A stretch of DNA of 64,000 nt from Frankiales bacterium (GTDB lineage Bacteria > Actinomycetota > Actinomycetes > Mycobacteriales > SCTD01), in contig JAODND010000036.1 of the NCBI GenBank assembly GCA_025465465.1, forward strand, positions 5,145-69,144, in the 5' to 3' direction. Every line of letters starts with the position of its first letter. Within the stretch, counting starts at the first letter, position 1. Below, piece by piece: positions 1 through 8,982 of this stretch. The position numbers and the translations under genes were made by a program. The notes under the pieces were generated by a model that did no database searches, had not been told where the DNA came from, and saw only the letters and a list, made by a program, of their open reading frames with translations.

Positions 1-101
1 CGATCGGCCCCGGAGCGGCCGCGGAACAGCCACACATCCCCCGTCCGCGCCAGCGCCACCGCTTCGTCGAGTCCCACCACGCCCGTATCGTCGCTCACCA
101 T
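1..101 (-). CDS. 5' end of a CDS running off the window (hypothetical protein, first ~33 codons only)
   Basis: A minus-strand ATG at 101..99 opens a frame reading MVSDDTGVVGLDEAVALARTGDVWLFRGRSGAD. Third positions are mostly G/C. The frame is open to position 1. It is absent from the ORF track because it is truncated. Confidence 0.3.
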   Translation of the reverse strand, partial: MVSDDTGVVGLDEAVALARTGDVWLFRGRSGAD

Positions 102-249
102 GCGGTTGTGGAAGTGGCTGGGGCTCGCGGGGCTGGCGGGCGTGGCGGCGACCGGGGCGGTCGTCGCGCGCCAGGAGCGCCAGCGGCGGGCCTACACGCC
201 GGACCAGGTGCGGGACCGGCTGCGGAAGCGGTACGAGGAATCGGGCTGA
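100..249 (+). CDS. small membrane-anchored hypothetical protein (49 aa)
   Basis: ATG at 100, TGA at 247..249. It translates to MRLWKWLGLAGLAGVAATGAVVARQERQRRAYTPDQVRDRLRKRYEESG: one N-terminal hydrophobic helix and a basic tail. GC3 is very high. It is below the track's length cutoff. Confidence 0.4.
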   Translation: MRLWKWLGLAGLAGVAATGAVVARQERQRRAYTPDQVRDRLRKRYEESG

Positions 250-293
250 CCCCGCGTTCGTCAGGCAGGATGAGCGCATGACACGGTTGCACC

Positions 294-1109
294 ATGGCTG
301 AGGCCGAACCAGGCTGGTTCCCAGACCCCACCGGCACCTTCGAGCACCGCTGGTGGGACGGCCAGAAGTGGACCGACAACGTCGCCAGCAAGGGCGAGCA
401 GTCGGTGTCTCCGATGAGCGCGGGCTCGCTGCCTGTGCAGGCCTCGTCGCCGAAGCAGCTCGACAAGCAGGCCCAGCAGGCCGGGCTGGCGCCTGGTCCT
501 GCGGGCGGCGGGACGATCTTCAGTGAGCCCATCCTGGTGGTGAACCAGAAGGTCAAGCTGATCGAGGTCACCAACCAGTACTCCGTGTATGACCAGGCCG
601 GTACGCAGCTCGCGTCGGTCAGCGAGATCGGGCAGTCAGCCCTCAAGAAGGTCGTCCGGCTGCTGGGCGAGTACGACCAGTACTTCACCCACCGCCTCGA
701 GGTCCGCGACCTGTCCGGCGTACCCGTGCTGCACGTGACCCGTCCCGCGAAGCTGCTCAAGAGCAAGGTCATCGTCGAGAAGCCGGGTGTGGGCGAGGTC
801 GGCCGGCTGGTGCAGCAGAACGCGATCGGCAAGATCCGGTTTGCACTGATGGCCGGCACCGAGCAGGTCGGGGAGATGCGGGCCGAGAACTGGCGGGCCT
901 GGGACTTCGCGATCGTGGACGCGTCCGGGGCCGAGATCGCCCGCATCAAGAAGACCTTCGAGGGAATCGCCAAGACCCTGTTCACCACGGCAGACAACTA
1001 CGTCGTCCGGATCCACCGGCAGCTCGAGGACCCGCTGCTGTCGCTCGTCGTCGCCAGTGCACTCACCGTCGACACCGCCCTGAAGCAGGACAGCCGAGGA
1101 CTCAACTGA
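294..1109 (+). CDS. DUF2510-type N-terminal motif fused to a scramblase/LURP-one-like (Tubby C-terminal-like) domain protein
   Basis: 271-aa ORF. The N-terminus GWFPDPTGTFEHRWWDGQKWTD is the DUF2510 signature. The remainder resembles the bacterial scramblase/LOR family. Confidence 0.7.
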   Translation: MAEAEPGWFPDPTGTFEHRWWDGQKWTDNVASKGEQSVSPMSAGSLPVQASSPKQLDKQAQQAGLAPGPAGGGTIFSEPILVVNQKVKLIEVTNQYSVYDQAGTQLASVSEIGQSALKKVVRLLGEYDQYFTHRLEVRDLSGVPVLHVTRPAKLLKSKVIVEKPGVGEVGRLVQQNAIGKIRFALMAGTEQVGEMRAENWRAWDFAIVDASGAEIARIKKTFEGIAKTLFTTADNYVVRIHRQLEDPLLSLVVASALTVDTALKQDSRGLN

Positions 1110-1113
1110 TCCC

Positions 1114-1614
1114 GTGACCGATCTGGAAGCCCGCTACGCCGAGCTGGAGGCGGCCGCGGAGGAGAAGCGTCGCGCCCGGATGCGCCGGCAGCCGCTGATC
1201 CTCATCGCCCTGCTTCAGTTCCTCGTGGTCGGGATCGGGCTCGTCGCGGCCGTCGACCTGCGCCGGCTCGAGACGCCGCAGGGGGTGGCGCTGCGCTGGA
1301 CCCAGGCCGCGACGTTCGGCAGCTGCGACGACTACCTGCACTTCTCGATCGGCACCTCCATCGGCACCGACGACCGGTCCCGGGCCGAGCTGTGCCGTGC
1401 CCTGCGGGCCATGACCGAGGACGCCCGGCTGAACAACGCCCAGATCGGGCTCGCCGTCCGGCACGTGAGCAGGCACGGGTCGACGGCCGTCGTCAGGCTC
1501 GACGTCAGTCACAACAAGGACGTGCGGCACGCCGTCCTGGACCTCCGCCGCGCGGGCGGTCGCTGGGTCGTCGTCCGCGACGCCACCTCGTGCGCGACCG
1601 TGGCGTGCGCGTAG
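1114..1614 (+). CDS. membrane-anchored hypothetical protein
   Basis: 166-aa ORF with a GTG start 5 nt after the upstream stop. It has one TM helix (PLILIALLQFLVVGIGLVAAV) and good GC3. Confidence 0.55.
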   Translation: MTDLEARYAELEAAAEEKRRARMRRQPLILIALLQFLVVGIGLVAAVDLRRLETPQGVALRWTQAATFGSCDDYLHFSIGTSIGTDDRSRAELCRALRAMTEDARLNNAQIGLAVRHVSRHGSTAVVRLDVSHNKDVRHAVLDLRRAGGRWVVVRDATSCATVACA

Positions 1615-1624
1615 TTTTCCCTGC

Positions 1625-1897
1625 ATGGCCACCGACGTGCAGCGGCGCGAGCACGACTACGAGATCACCGTCGACGGCACGCACGCGGGTCTCGCCGCGT
1701 TCGTGGAGCGACCGGGTGTCGTCGTCTTCACCCACACCGAGATCGACGACGCCTTCGAGGGCCAGGGCGTCGGGTCGGTGCTGGCCCGCGCGGCGCTGGA
1801 CGACGTCCGTGCCCGCGGCCTGAAGGTCGATCCGCGGTGCCCGTTCATCAAGGCCTGGATCGAGCGGCACCCCGACTACCAGGAGCTGGTGGCATGA
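1625..1897 (+). CDS. GNAT-like N-acetyltransferase domain protein (YjdJ type, ~90 aa)
   Basis: 90-aa ORF with the pattern ...FTHTEIDDAFEGQGVGSVLARAALDDVRARGLKVDPRCPFI..., typical of short GCN5-related acetyltransferase-like proteins. Confidence 0.7.
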   Translation: MATDVQRREHDYEITVDGTHAGLAAFVERPGVVVFTHTEIDDAFEGQGVGSVLARAALDDVRARGLKVDPRCPFIKAWIERHPDYQELVA

Positions 1898-2118
1898 AGT
1901 CGTACGAGGCACCGGGCGTCGTCGTCTCCTTCGACGCGGAGGTCTGCCAGCACGCCGGGATCTGCGTACGGGGCCTGCCGCGCGTCTTCGACACCACAGC
2001 CCGACCGTGGATCCAGCCGGCCAACGCGACGGTCGACGACGTCGTCAGCCAGGTCGAGATGTGCCCCAGCGGTGCGCTATCCGTGCAGGTGACCGACGGG
2101 GGCGATCGGCAGCCCTGA
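1894..2118 (+). CDS. divergent 4Fe-4S mono-cluster (ferredoxin-like, DUF1271-type) protein
   Basis: ATG at 1894 overlaps the upstream stop (ATGA). The sequence is MKSYEAPGVVVSFDAEVCQHAGICVRGLPRVFD...VSQVEMCPSGAL, with the Cys pattern of the small (4Fe-4S)-binding family. Confidence 0.65.
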   Translation: MKSYEAPGVVVSFDAEVCQHAGICVRGLPRVFDTTARPWIQPANATVDDVVSQVEMCPSGALSVQVTDGGDRQP

Positions 2119-2385
2119 CACCTCGCAGACCCAGAACGGGTCGGTGCCGAGGTCAGGCTCGACATAGAGCCGGTGGTCCTGGTGCTCGGGGCACATCGGC
2201 CAGGTCGCGTCGCGCTCGTCGTTCACGGCCTCCTGCACGTCCTGGGCGAGCAGGCAGGTCAGGTACTGCTCGCCTTCCGGCCACTGGCTGACCCACCAGT
2301 CGCGCTGCTCCCAGCACCGGTCGACGACATCGGCGTGCAGGCCACGCAGGTCACGCACCACTGCATCGCGGGGCTCGTCGTCCAC
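2077..2385 (-). CDS. hypothetical protein (Trp/acidic-rich, 102 aa)
   Basis: ORF with a GTG start and non-shadow-like composition (W, D, E and C rich). It overlaps the convergent gene's 3' end by 42 nt. I recognise no family. Confidence 0.45.
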   Translation of the reverse strand: MDDEPRDAVVRDLRGLHADVVDRCWEQRDWWVSQWPEGEQYLTCLLAQDVQEAVNDERDATWPMCPEHQDHRLYVEPDLGTDPFWVCEVSGLPIAPVGHLHG

Positions 2386-2519
2386 AGAAGGGAACGTAGG
2401 ACAACGACGGGCCTGCGTGCGGCCGATCGTGGTGACATCCCGAGCGAAAGGAGCGGACAGGTCCTCCAGGAGGCGGGTGTCCCGTCGGCCTGGCTCGACG
2501 GACGGGCCCTGCCCGGCCC

Positions 2520-2996
2520 ATGATGCACGGCATGGGTCGATACACGAGGGCAGAGGTCGACGAGGGGCTCGCGCACTACGACGAGGTCGTCGCGGAGTGC
2601 ACGCGGTCAGGCGACTGGGCGCCGTTCGCGGACGTGTTCACCGAGGACTGCGTCTACACCGAGCATGCCTACGGCGTCTTCCACGGCCGCGAGGCGGTGC
2701 GGGAGTGGATCGTCGGCGTGATGGCACCGTTCCCGCACATGCGGTTCCCGCAGGACTGGGTCGCCTACGACGACGAGAACGACGCCGTCATCATCGGGAT
2801 CCAGAACGTCCTCGATCACGACGGGCAGACGTTCGGGTTCCCCAACTGGTCGCGGCTCGTCTACGCAGGCAACGGGATGTTCTCGTCGGAAGAGGACGTC
2901 TACAACCCGGTCCGGGACGCGCCGCGCGTCGTCGGCCAGTGGATGAAGGCCGGCGGCAAGCTGGCCGCGCCGGTTCCGTCCGTCGCCCACGGTTAG
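2520..2996 (+). CDS. NTF2-like (SnoaL-type) family protein
   Basis: 158-aa ORF. The pattern GDWAPFADVFTEDCVYTEHAYGVFHGREAVREWI fits the SnoaL/nuclear-transport-factor-2 fold family. Confidence 0.7.
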   Translation: MMHGMGRYTRAEVDEGLAHYDEVVAECTRSGDWAPFADVFTEDCVYTEHAYGVFHGREAVREWIVGVMAPFPHMRFPQDWVAYDDENDAVIIGIQNVLDHDGQTFGFPNWSRLVYAGNGMFSSEEDVYNPVRDAPRVVGQWMKAGGKLAAPVPSVAHG

Positions 2997-3041
2997 GGCG
3001 GTGCCAGTTCCCTGATTCCCCGGCGATCTCGGCCAGCAGGT

Positions 3042-3272
3042 TCAGGGGCAGGTGTCATGTCGTATGCCCTTGAACCCCTTGCGAATCCAGTCCTTCTCCC
3101 GGATCTCCGAGCCGCAGGCGTGACATGTCGTTCCCGGCTCAGCGTGCAGGGCACCATCGACTGGTTGTTCAGGGGCGGCCTTTCCCCCACGATTCGCGAG
3201 GGCAGCAGTGCCCGCTGAAGGACCGCCCGCACCCATGCCTATCGCACCACCGATGCCGGAAGCGTCCGTCAT
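3042..3272 (-). CDS. small hypothetical protein with a C-terminal Cys/His cluster
   Basis: An internal ATG of the 98-aa ORF gives MTDASGIGGAIGMGAGG...CHACGSEIREKDWIRKGFKGIRHDTCP. GC3 is lower than in neighbouring genes, so coding status is uncertain. Confidence 0.3.
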   Translation of the reverse strand: MTDASGIGGAIGMGAGGPSAGTAALANRGGKAAPEQPVDGALHAEPGTTCHACGSEIREKDWIRKGFKGIRHDTCP

Positions 3273-3371
3273 GTGTTCGACGCTAGACCTTTGCGGTCCC
3301 CTCGGGAAGCGGTCGGCAACGCGCTCCTGGTACGTCAAGGGTGTGGCGGCTCGTCCGCCCTCGCAGCTGAC

Positions 3372-5027
3372 CTATCCGGCGAGCACGTCGTCGGCGTCGA
3401 CGATCGTGTAGGGGTAGCCCTGCTCGGCGAGGAACCGCTGCCGGTGCGCGGCGTACTCCTGGTCGACCGTGTCGCGTGAGATGACGGTGTAGAAGTGCGC
3501 GGTGCGGCCGTCGGCCTTGGGGCGCAGCACCCGGCCGAGGCGCTGAGCCTCCTCCTGACGCGACCCGAAGGTGCCAGACACCTGGATGGCCACCGCCGCT
3601 TCCGGCAGGTCGATGGAGAAGTTCGCGACCTTGCTGACGACGAGGCCGGGGATCTCCTTCTTGCGGAAGGCGTCGAAGAGGATCTCGCGCTCGGCGTTCT
3701 TCGTCGAGCCCTGGATGACCGGCATCTGCAGCGCCTCACCGAGCTCGTCGAGCTGGTCGAGGTAGGCGCCGATGACCAGCACCTGGTCGCCCGAGTGCCG
3801 CTCGACGAGCTTGCGGATCACGGCCACCTTGGTGTGGGCGGTCGCCGCGATCTTGTACTTCTCCTCCGGCTCGGCCGTCGCGTAGGCGAGCCGCTCCGCG
3901 TCGGTCATCGTCACGCGCACCTCGGTGCAGTCGGCCGGGGCGATGTAGCCCTGCGCCTCGATGTCCTTCCAGGGCGCGTCGTAGCGCTTCGGCCCGATGA
4001 GGGAGAACACGTCGCCCTCCCGGCCGTCCTCGCGGATCAGCGTCGCGGTCAGGCCGAGCCGTCGGCGCGACTGGAGGTCGGCCGTCATGCGGAACACCGG
4101 TGCCGGAAGCAGGTGCACCTCGTCGTAGACGACCAGGCCCCAGTCCCGCGCGCCGAACAGCTCGAGGTGCGCGTACTCGCCCTTCCGCTTGGTCGTCATG
4201 ATCTGGTAGGTCGCGATCGTGACCGGCTTGATCTCCTTCTTCTCTCCGGAGTACTCGCCGATCTCCTCCTCGGTGAGCGAGGTCCGCTTGAGAAGCTCCG
4301 ACTTCCACTGCCGGCCGCTGACCGTGTTGGTGACGAGGATCAGGGTCGTGGCGCCCGCGCGGGCCATCGCGGCAGCGCCGACGAGGGTCTTGCCGGCACC
4401 GCAGGGGAGCACGACGACGCCGGAGCCGCCGAGCCAGAACCCATCGACGGCGAGCTGTTGGTAGTCGCGCAGGTGCCAGTCGTCCTGCTTGAGGGTGATC
4501 TCGTGGGCCTCGCCGTCGACATATCCGGCGAGGTCCTCGGCGGGCCAGCCGACCTTGAGCAGTGCCTGCTTGAGCCGACCGCGCTCCGAGGGAAACGCGA
4601 TGACCGTCTCGGGGTCGAGCCGGGCACCGAGCATCGGGCTGACCTTCTTGGAACGCACCACCTCCTCGAGGACCGCCCGGTCGGTGGTGCGCAGCACGAG
4701 GCCGTGGACCGGATCCTGCTCCAGCCGTAGTCGGCCGTAGCGGTCCATCGTGTCGGCGACGTCGACGAGCAGCGCGTGCGGCACGGCATAGCGGGAGAAG
4801 CGGACGAGCGCGTCGACGACCTGTTCGGCGTCGTGGCCGGCGGCGCGGGCGTTCCAGAGGCCGAGCGGCGTGAGCCGGTAGGTGTGCACGTGCTCCGGCG
4901 ACCGCTCCAGCTCCGCGAAGGGCGCGATGGCTGCCCGGCACTCGCCCGCGAGCGGGTGGTCGATCTCCAGCAGCAGCGTCTTGTCGCTCTGGACGATCAG
5001 CGGGCCTTGCTGGGGTGACTCAGTCAT
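3372..5027 (-). CDS. xpb: DNA repair helicase XPB (ERCC3-like SF2 helicase)
   Basis: 551 aa. It has an XPB N-terminal domain (PLIVQSDKTLLLE...YRLTPLGLWNA), Walker A (LPCGAGKT), DEVH, and helicase C motifs (TFGSRQEEAQRLGR). Confidence 0.9.
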   Translation of the reverse strand: MTESPQQGPLIVQSDKTLLLEIDHPLAGECRAAIAPFAELERSPEHVHTYRLTPLGLWNARAAGHDAEQVVDALVRFSRYAVPHALLVDVADTMDRYGRLRLEQDPVHGLVLRTTDRAVLEEVVRSKKVSPMLGARLDPETVIAFPSERGRLKQALLKVGWPAEDLAGYVDGEAHEITLKQDDWHLRDYQQLAVDGFWLGGSGVVVLPCGAGKTLVGAAAMARAGATTLILVTNTVSGRQWKSELLKRTSLTEEEIGEYSGEKKEIKPVTIATYQIMTTKRKGEYAHLELFGARDWGLVVYDEVHLLPAPVFRMTADLQSRRRLGLTATLIREDGREGDVFSLIGPKRYDAPWKDIEAQGYIAPADCTEVRVTMTDAERLAYATAEPEEKYKIAATAHTKVAVIRKLVERHSGDQVLVIGAYLDQLDELGEALQMPVIQGSTKNAEREILFDAFRKKEIPGLVVSKVANFSIDLPEAAVAIQVSGTFGSRQEEAQRLGRVLRPKADGRTAHFYTVISRDTVDQEYAAHRQRFLAEQGYPYTIVDADDVLAG

Positions 5028-5031
5028 GCGG

Positions 5032-7311
5032 TCAGTCCTCGATCTCGGCGACGCCGGTGATGCGGTGCAGGGAGAACGTGCGGTCCTCCTGGCGCAGGTG
5101 GTCGAAGGCGGTCACGTAGCCCCCCTCGACGGTCCTCGGCTCGACGACCCGCGATGTGGGACGACCCTGCGCATCCACATAACCGAGCCACACCTGCCGT
5201 CCTTCCCGAGCCGCCTGGTGCAGGAAAGCGGAGGCATCCGACACCGAGCGCACCGTCACGGGTGCGCGGCGGTTGGCCCGGGCCGCGAGATCGCCCGCAC
5301 GCAGCGCCCCAACGGCCAGCCGGGCCTGCTCATCGGGCAGCGCCTGGGTCTCGCCGTGCCGGATGGCCCGCTGCCGGACGGCCGTGCGCCGGGTGTCGCT
5401 GCGCGCGACCAGCAGCGCGCCATCAGGAGCCTCCGGCGCCGGCGCGTGGCCCATCGCGCGCAGCACCTCGAGCACCTGGGTGATCGACGCGGCGCTCGTG
5501 ACGACCGTCGGTGCCAGTCGGCGCAACCCGAGCACCTCGGCCTTCTTCGACGCCATCACCTCGTTGAGCAGCGCCTCGTCCTCGCACCGCAGGTAGCTCG
5601 CGCTGGACCCCACCCTGAGCAGCCCGTGCCGGCGTGCGACGTCGTCGATGAGATAGCTGAGCCCTTGCGGCACAGGGGTTCTCGACCGGGTGCGGAACAG
5701 CGCGTGCAGGTCGGCGGCGCTGCGACCGGCGTCGAGGGCGCGCCGGACCGAGGCGTCGCTCACCCGGTAGACCGTGGCTCCGCCCGTCGACTCCACATCG
5801 GCGACCAGGGCCAGCTGCCGGGCAAGGTCGCGCTCGAGCGGACCCGGGGCGATGACGGTGAGGTCGGGCTGGACGAGGACGTGGTCGAGCGGCTCCGGGA
5901 GCAGCTCCCGCAGCGACCGGGCGGCATCGCGGTCGCGGCCGTCGAGGAGCAGCCGGGCGAAGGTGGACAGGCCTTGCCGGCCGCTGAGGCCCAGTGCAGC
6001 CACCTCGCCGAGCACCCAGCTCGGCAGCACGTCGCGAAGCCGCCCTCCCCGTCGGGGGGAGCGCCACGAGAGCACGCCGATCACGACGTCCTCGCTGACG
6101 GCGTGGCCCTCGGGGGTCTCGCGGAGCAGGTCGAGCACGCGCCGTCGGTCGGTCGGCGCGCTGGACCGCTCGACCTCCTGGGACAAGGCGGCGAGGGCCT
6201 TGTCGCGTTCGTCCCGCATGCCGACGAGCGCGGGCATCCGCGTCATGCCGACCCAGGCGCGGGCGAGCTCGACCCAGCGGTCCTCGGGTGGCATCGCGAC
6301 CCACCGGTCGAATCCAGGTGTGGGCAACCAGTCAGGGTCGACGCTCGGGGTGTTGTCGACGAGCCCCGCGGCGAACGCCACCTCGAGCAGGAGCGCCGCA
6401 GCCGAATCGGTGACATCGAGCTCCTTCGCGGTCCGCTTGAGGTCGCGCACTCCCAGGCCGCCCGACCTCAGGACCGAGGGAGGGTCGTCGGCCCAGCTCT
6501 CGAGCAGCTTCTCGACCCTTGCGACCACGTCGGCTGCCTCGTGCGCCGCCGCCCGGTCGACCTCCTTGGTCCCGACCTTCGTGGTCGTGAGCGGGGGCGG
6601 TTGGTGGGCCGCTGAGGGCGCGCCGCGCACCAGCAGGCCGATCTCGCGCGGCAGCTCGACGGTCTCGTCGTCGATGGCCACCAGCAGCCCCCGGCTCAAC
6701 AGCCAGCGGACCGGGCTGTCGACGTCCTCGACCGACGTGATCCGACGGGCGTCCTTCACCTTGCCGTAGGGCGGACCCGCCGCCAGCTGGCCCACCACCG
6801 CCTGCGCCTGCTCGCCCCCCGCGGCGAGCAGGTCGCGCACTGCCGTCGGGTCGGTCAGCAGGCTCAGCACCGCGTCCCGCCCGGTGACGTCGAGGGCCGC
6901 CTCGAGCGCCTGCAGGCGGGCGCCGGTGTGGTCGGCGAGCAGGACCGCCAGCGGTCGTCCCAGGCCCGTGCCCCCGGACAGCACATCCCGGACGCTTCCG
7001 ACGAGGTGCCAGTCGGGGTGCCCGCCCCAGATCAGGGCCAGGTCCTCCAGCGACTCGGCGGCCGCCTTGTCGAGAAGGGGCAGCGGGTCCTCCGACACCG
7101 CCAGCGTCTCGAGAAGGCTCAACCGGTAGGCGTCGAGACCGTCGAGTGCGCGCAGCACCGACAGCCGCACCGCGGCGCGGGAAGCAAGGACCCCGACGTC
7201 GGGAGGGATGGGTACGGCGAGATCGGGCCGTCCCTGGAGCAGCCGGGCGAGACGGTCGTCGGGCCAGGCGCGCAACGCGTCCGCAAGAGAGCGCGGGCCG
7301 TTGCTGGTCAT
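5032..7311 (-). CDS. XPB-associated large protein (Rv0862c-like) with an internal XPB/Ssl2-N-terminal-like domain and a WYL-like C-terminus
   Basis: The track ORF is 1051 aa, but a plausible ATG at 7311 ([16 protein letters not shown]...) gives 760 aa. Everything upstream of it is low-complexity shadow sequence. The stop lies 4 nt before the xpb start. Confidence 0.8.
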   Translation of the reverse strand: MTSNGPRSLADALRAWPDDRLARLLQGRPDLAVPIPPDVGVLASRAAVRLSVLRALDGLDAYRLSLLETLAVSEDPLPLLDKAAAESLEDLALIWGGHPDWHLVGSVRDVLSGGTGLGRPLAVLLADHTGARLQALEAALDVTGRDAVLSLLTDPTAVRDLLAAGGEQAQAVVGQLAAGPPYGKVKDARRITSVEDVDSPVRWLLSRGLLVAIDDETVELPREIGLLVRGAPSAAHQPPPLTTTKVGTKEVDRAAAHEAADVVARVEKLLESWADDPPSVLRSGGLGVRDLKRTAKELDVTDSAAALLLEVAFAAGLVDNTPSVDPDWLPTPGFDRWVAMPPEDRWVELARAWVGMTRMPALVGMRDERDKALAALSQEVERSSAPTDRRRVLDLLRETPEGHAVSEDVVIGVLSWRSPRRGGRLRDVLPSWVLGEVAALGLSGRQGLSTFARLLLDGRDRDAARSLRELLPEPLDHVLVQPDLTVIAPGPLERDLARQLALVADVESTGGATVYRVSDASVRRALDAGRSAADLHALFRTRSRTPVPQGLSYLIDDVARRHGLLRVGSSASYLRCEDEALLNEVMASKKAEVLGLRRLAPTVVTSAASITQVLEVLRAMGHAPAPEAPDGALLVARSDTRRTAVRQRAIRHGETQALPDEQARLAVGALRAGDLAARANRRAPVTVRSVSDASAFLHQAAREGRQVWLGYVDAQGRPTSRVVEPRTVEGGYVTAFDHLRQEDRTFSLHRITGVAEIED

Positions 7312-7569
7312 CCTGACAACGGTAGTCGCGGTTTGAAGCGGCCGCGCCGTCGGGAACAGGCTGTGCATGCCTGATGACCTGCTCACAGACGAAGCCGTGG
7401 ACGAGGCACCGGAGCCCGAGGACGCGCCGGACCCGGTGGGTCCAGGTGGCGCACGTCCGGACGAACCGCCCGCGTCACCGGTGCCGCCGGTGCCCGGGGC
7501 GACCGGCCCGGGCCAGGAACTCGCCGAGGGTGAGGGCTGAGCACTCCACCGGAGACCTAGAGTCGCGAC

Positions 7570-8367
7570 GTGGACCCGGTTGAACAGGTGCTGGACGAGC
7601 TGCGGCAGCTGGGGTCGGTCCTGGTCGCGTTCAGCGGCGGTGCCGACTCCGCCTTCCTGCTCGCTGCCGCGGTCCGCGCGCTCAGTCCCGACAGCGTCGT
7701 CGCCGCCACCGCGGTCAGTCCATCGCTGGCGCAGTCGGAGCTCCCGGCAGCGCAGGCCTTCGCGGCCTCCCTCGGCGTCCGGCACGTCACACCCGCGACG
7801 CAGGAGCTCGAGCGCGAGGGGTATGTCGCCAACGGCACCGACCGCTGCTTCCACTGCAAGGCCACCCTCGTCGACACGCTGCGACCGATCGCCGCACAGC
7901 TCGGACTGGCCCATGTCGTGACCGGCACCAACGCCGACGACCTGGTGGCCGGCTTCCGACCCGGCATCCGCGCAGCCGCCGACCGGGGAGCGGTGACCCC
8001 GTTGCGCCGGCTCACCAAGCAGCAGGTCCGGGAGACGTCGGCCCGTTGGGGGCTCGTCACCGCGGACAAGCCGGCCCTCGCGTGCCTCGCCAGCCGGATC
8101 GCCTACGGCCTCGAGGTGACGCCGCAGCGGCTGTCCCGCGTCGACCGAGCGGAGACCGCCCTGCGCGCGCTGCTGCACCCCCGGCACGTGCGCGTGCGGG
8201 TGCTCGCGGACACCGCCGCCCGGGTGGAGCTCGATCCGGAGGCGCTGGCCCGCTGGGGAGACGGCTGCCTGTCCGCCGTACGGGCTGAGGGGTTCGAGAC
8301 CGTCGAGACCCGGGAGTTCCGCAGCGGGTCCATGAACGCGCTAGTGGTCGCGAGCACCGAGCAGTAG
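7570..8367 (+). CDS. larE: ATP-dependent sacrificial sulfur transferase LarE-like (PP-loop ATP pyrophosphatase)
   Basis: It has the PP-loop SGGADS near the N-terminus, a conserved ...CFHCK... and the ACLASRI motif carrying the LarE-type cysteine. Confidence 0.8.
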   Translation: MDPVEQVLDELRQLGSVLVAFSGGADSAFLLAAAVRALSPDSVVAATAVSPSLAQSELPAAQAFAASLGVRHVTPATQELEREGYVANGTDRCFHCKATLVDTLRPIAAQLGLAHVVTGTNADDLVAGFRPGIRAAADRGAVTPLRRLTKQQVRETSARWGLVTADKPALACLASRIAYGLEVTPQRLSRVDRAETALRALLHPRHVRVRVLADTAARVELDPEALARWGDGCLSAVRAEGFETVETREFRSGSMNALVVASTEQ

Positions 8368-8541
8368 GCCGAGCAGGGCGACGCCGAACCCGCCAGGGAG
8401 CAGCAGCATCAGCAGGTCGAGGCCGACGGGCGGTTCGCCGGAGCGCCCCGCCAGGTAGGGCACGAGCACGACGACGGCGGCGACCAGCCCGATGGCAAAC
8501 AGTCCGGCACCGACCCGGACCAGCACGTCACCCCGACCCAC
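8341..8541 (-). CDS. small two-TM membrane protein
   Basis: 66-aa ORF with a GTG start, two hydrophobic helices and high GC3. It overlaps the larE 3' end by 27 nt. Confidence 0.45.
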   Translation of the reverse strand: MGRGDVLVRVGAGLFAIGLVAAVVVLVPYLAGRSGEPPVGLDLLMLLLPGGFGVALLGLLLGARDH

Positions 8542-8595
8542 GCGGGAGAGGCTAGCCTCGTCGGCAACGCATCAGGCGAGACGAAGGACGACGAC

Positions 8596-8979
8596 GTGCC
8601 CACCGGCAAGGTGAAGTTCTACGACAGGGACAAGGGCTTCGGCTTCGTGGCCCGTGACGACGGCGGCGACGTCTTCGTGCCCAAGTCCGCCCTGCCCGAG
8701 GGGATCGAGGAGCTCAAGCCCGGCACCCGGCTGGAGTTCGGGGTCGCGGCCGGCAAGAAGGGCGAGCAGGCGCTGTCGGTGACGATCCTCGACGCTCCGG
8801 CGACCCTCGCCACCGCCCGCCGTCCCGCCGAGGAGCTGCAGGTGATGGTGGAGGACACGATCAAGCTCATCGAGGCCAAGGTGCAGCCGTCGCTCCGGCG
8901 CGGGAAGCACCCCGACCGCGAGACCGGCAAGCGGGTCGCGCAGATCCTCCGCGCGATCGCCACCGAGCTGGAGAGCTGA
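8596..8979 (+). CDS. cold-shock domain protein with C-terminal extension (CspB/Rv0871-like)
   Basis: The N-terminus GKVKFYDRDKGFGFVARDDGGDVFV contains the RNP1/RNP2 cold-shock motifs. Confidence 0.9.
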   Translation: MPTGKVKFYDRDKGFGFVARDDGGDVFVPKSALPEGIEELKPGTRLEFGVAAGKKGEQALSVTILDAPATLATARRPAEELQVMVEDTIKLIEAKVQPSLRRGKHPDRETGKRVAQILRAIATELES

Positions 8980-8982
8980 CCG

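Noticed and set aside
95-997. 300-aa minus-strand ORF antisense to the scramblase-like gene. It stands for many similar long antisense or shifted ORFs in the track, for example 3495..4730 (+), 4882..6615 (+), 10092..11267 (-), 17330..19162 (-), 20457..22010 (-), 42327..43673 (-), 43686..45692 (-), 53069..54394 (-), 57094..58524 (-) and 61157..62344 (-).
   Set aside because: Their translations are Arg/Pro/Gly/Ala-rich with no recognisable motifs, which is typical of shadow frames in high-GC DNA. Each overlaps an opposite-strand or other-frame ORF with clear family signatures.
7367-7540. 57-codon acidic/Pro-rich ORF ([28 protein letters not shown]...) in the divergent region between the XPB operon and larE
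   Set aside because: Its third-position GC bias is only moderate and its composition is low complexity. It is also antisense to the low-complexity 5' extension of the long track ORF, and I recognise no family. It is most likely intergenic promoter DNA, though this is not excluded.
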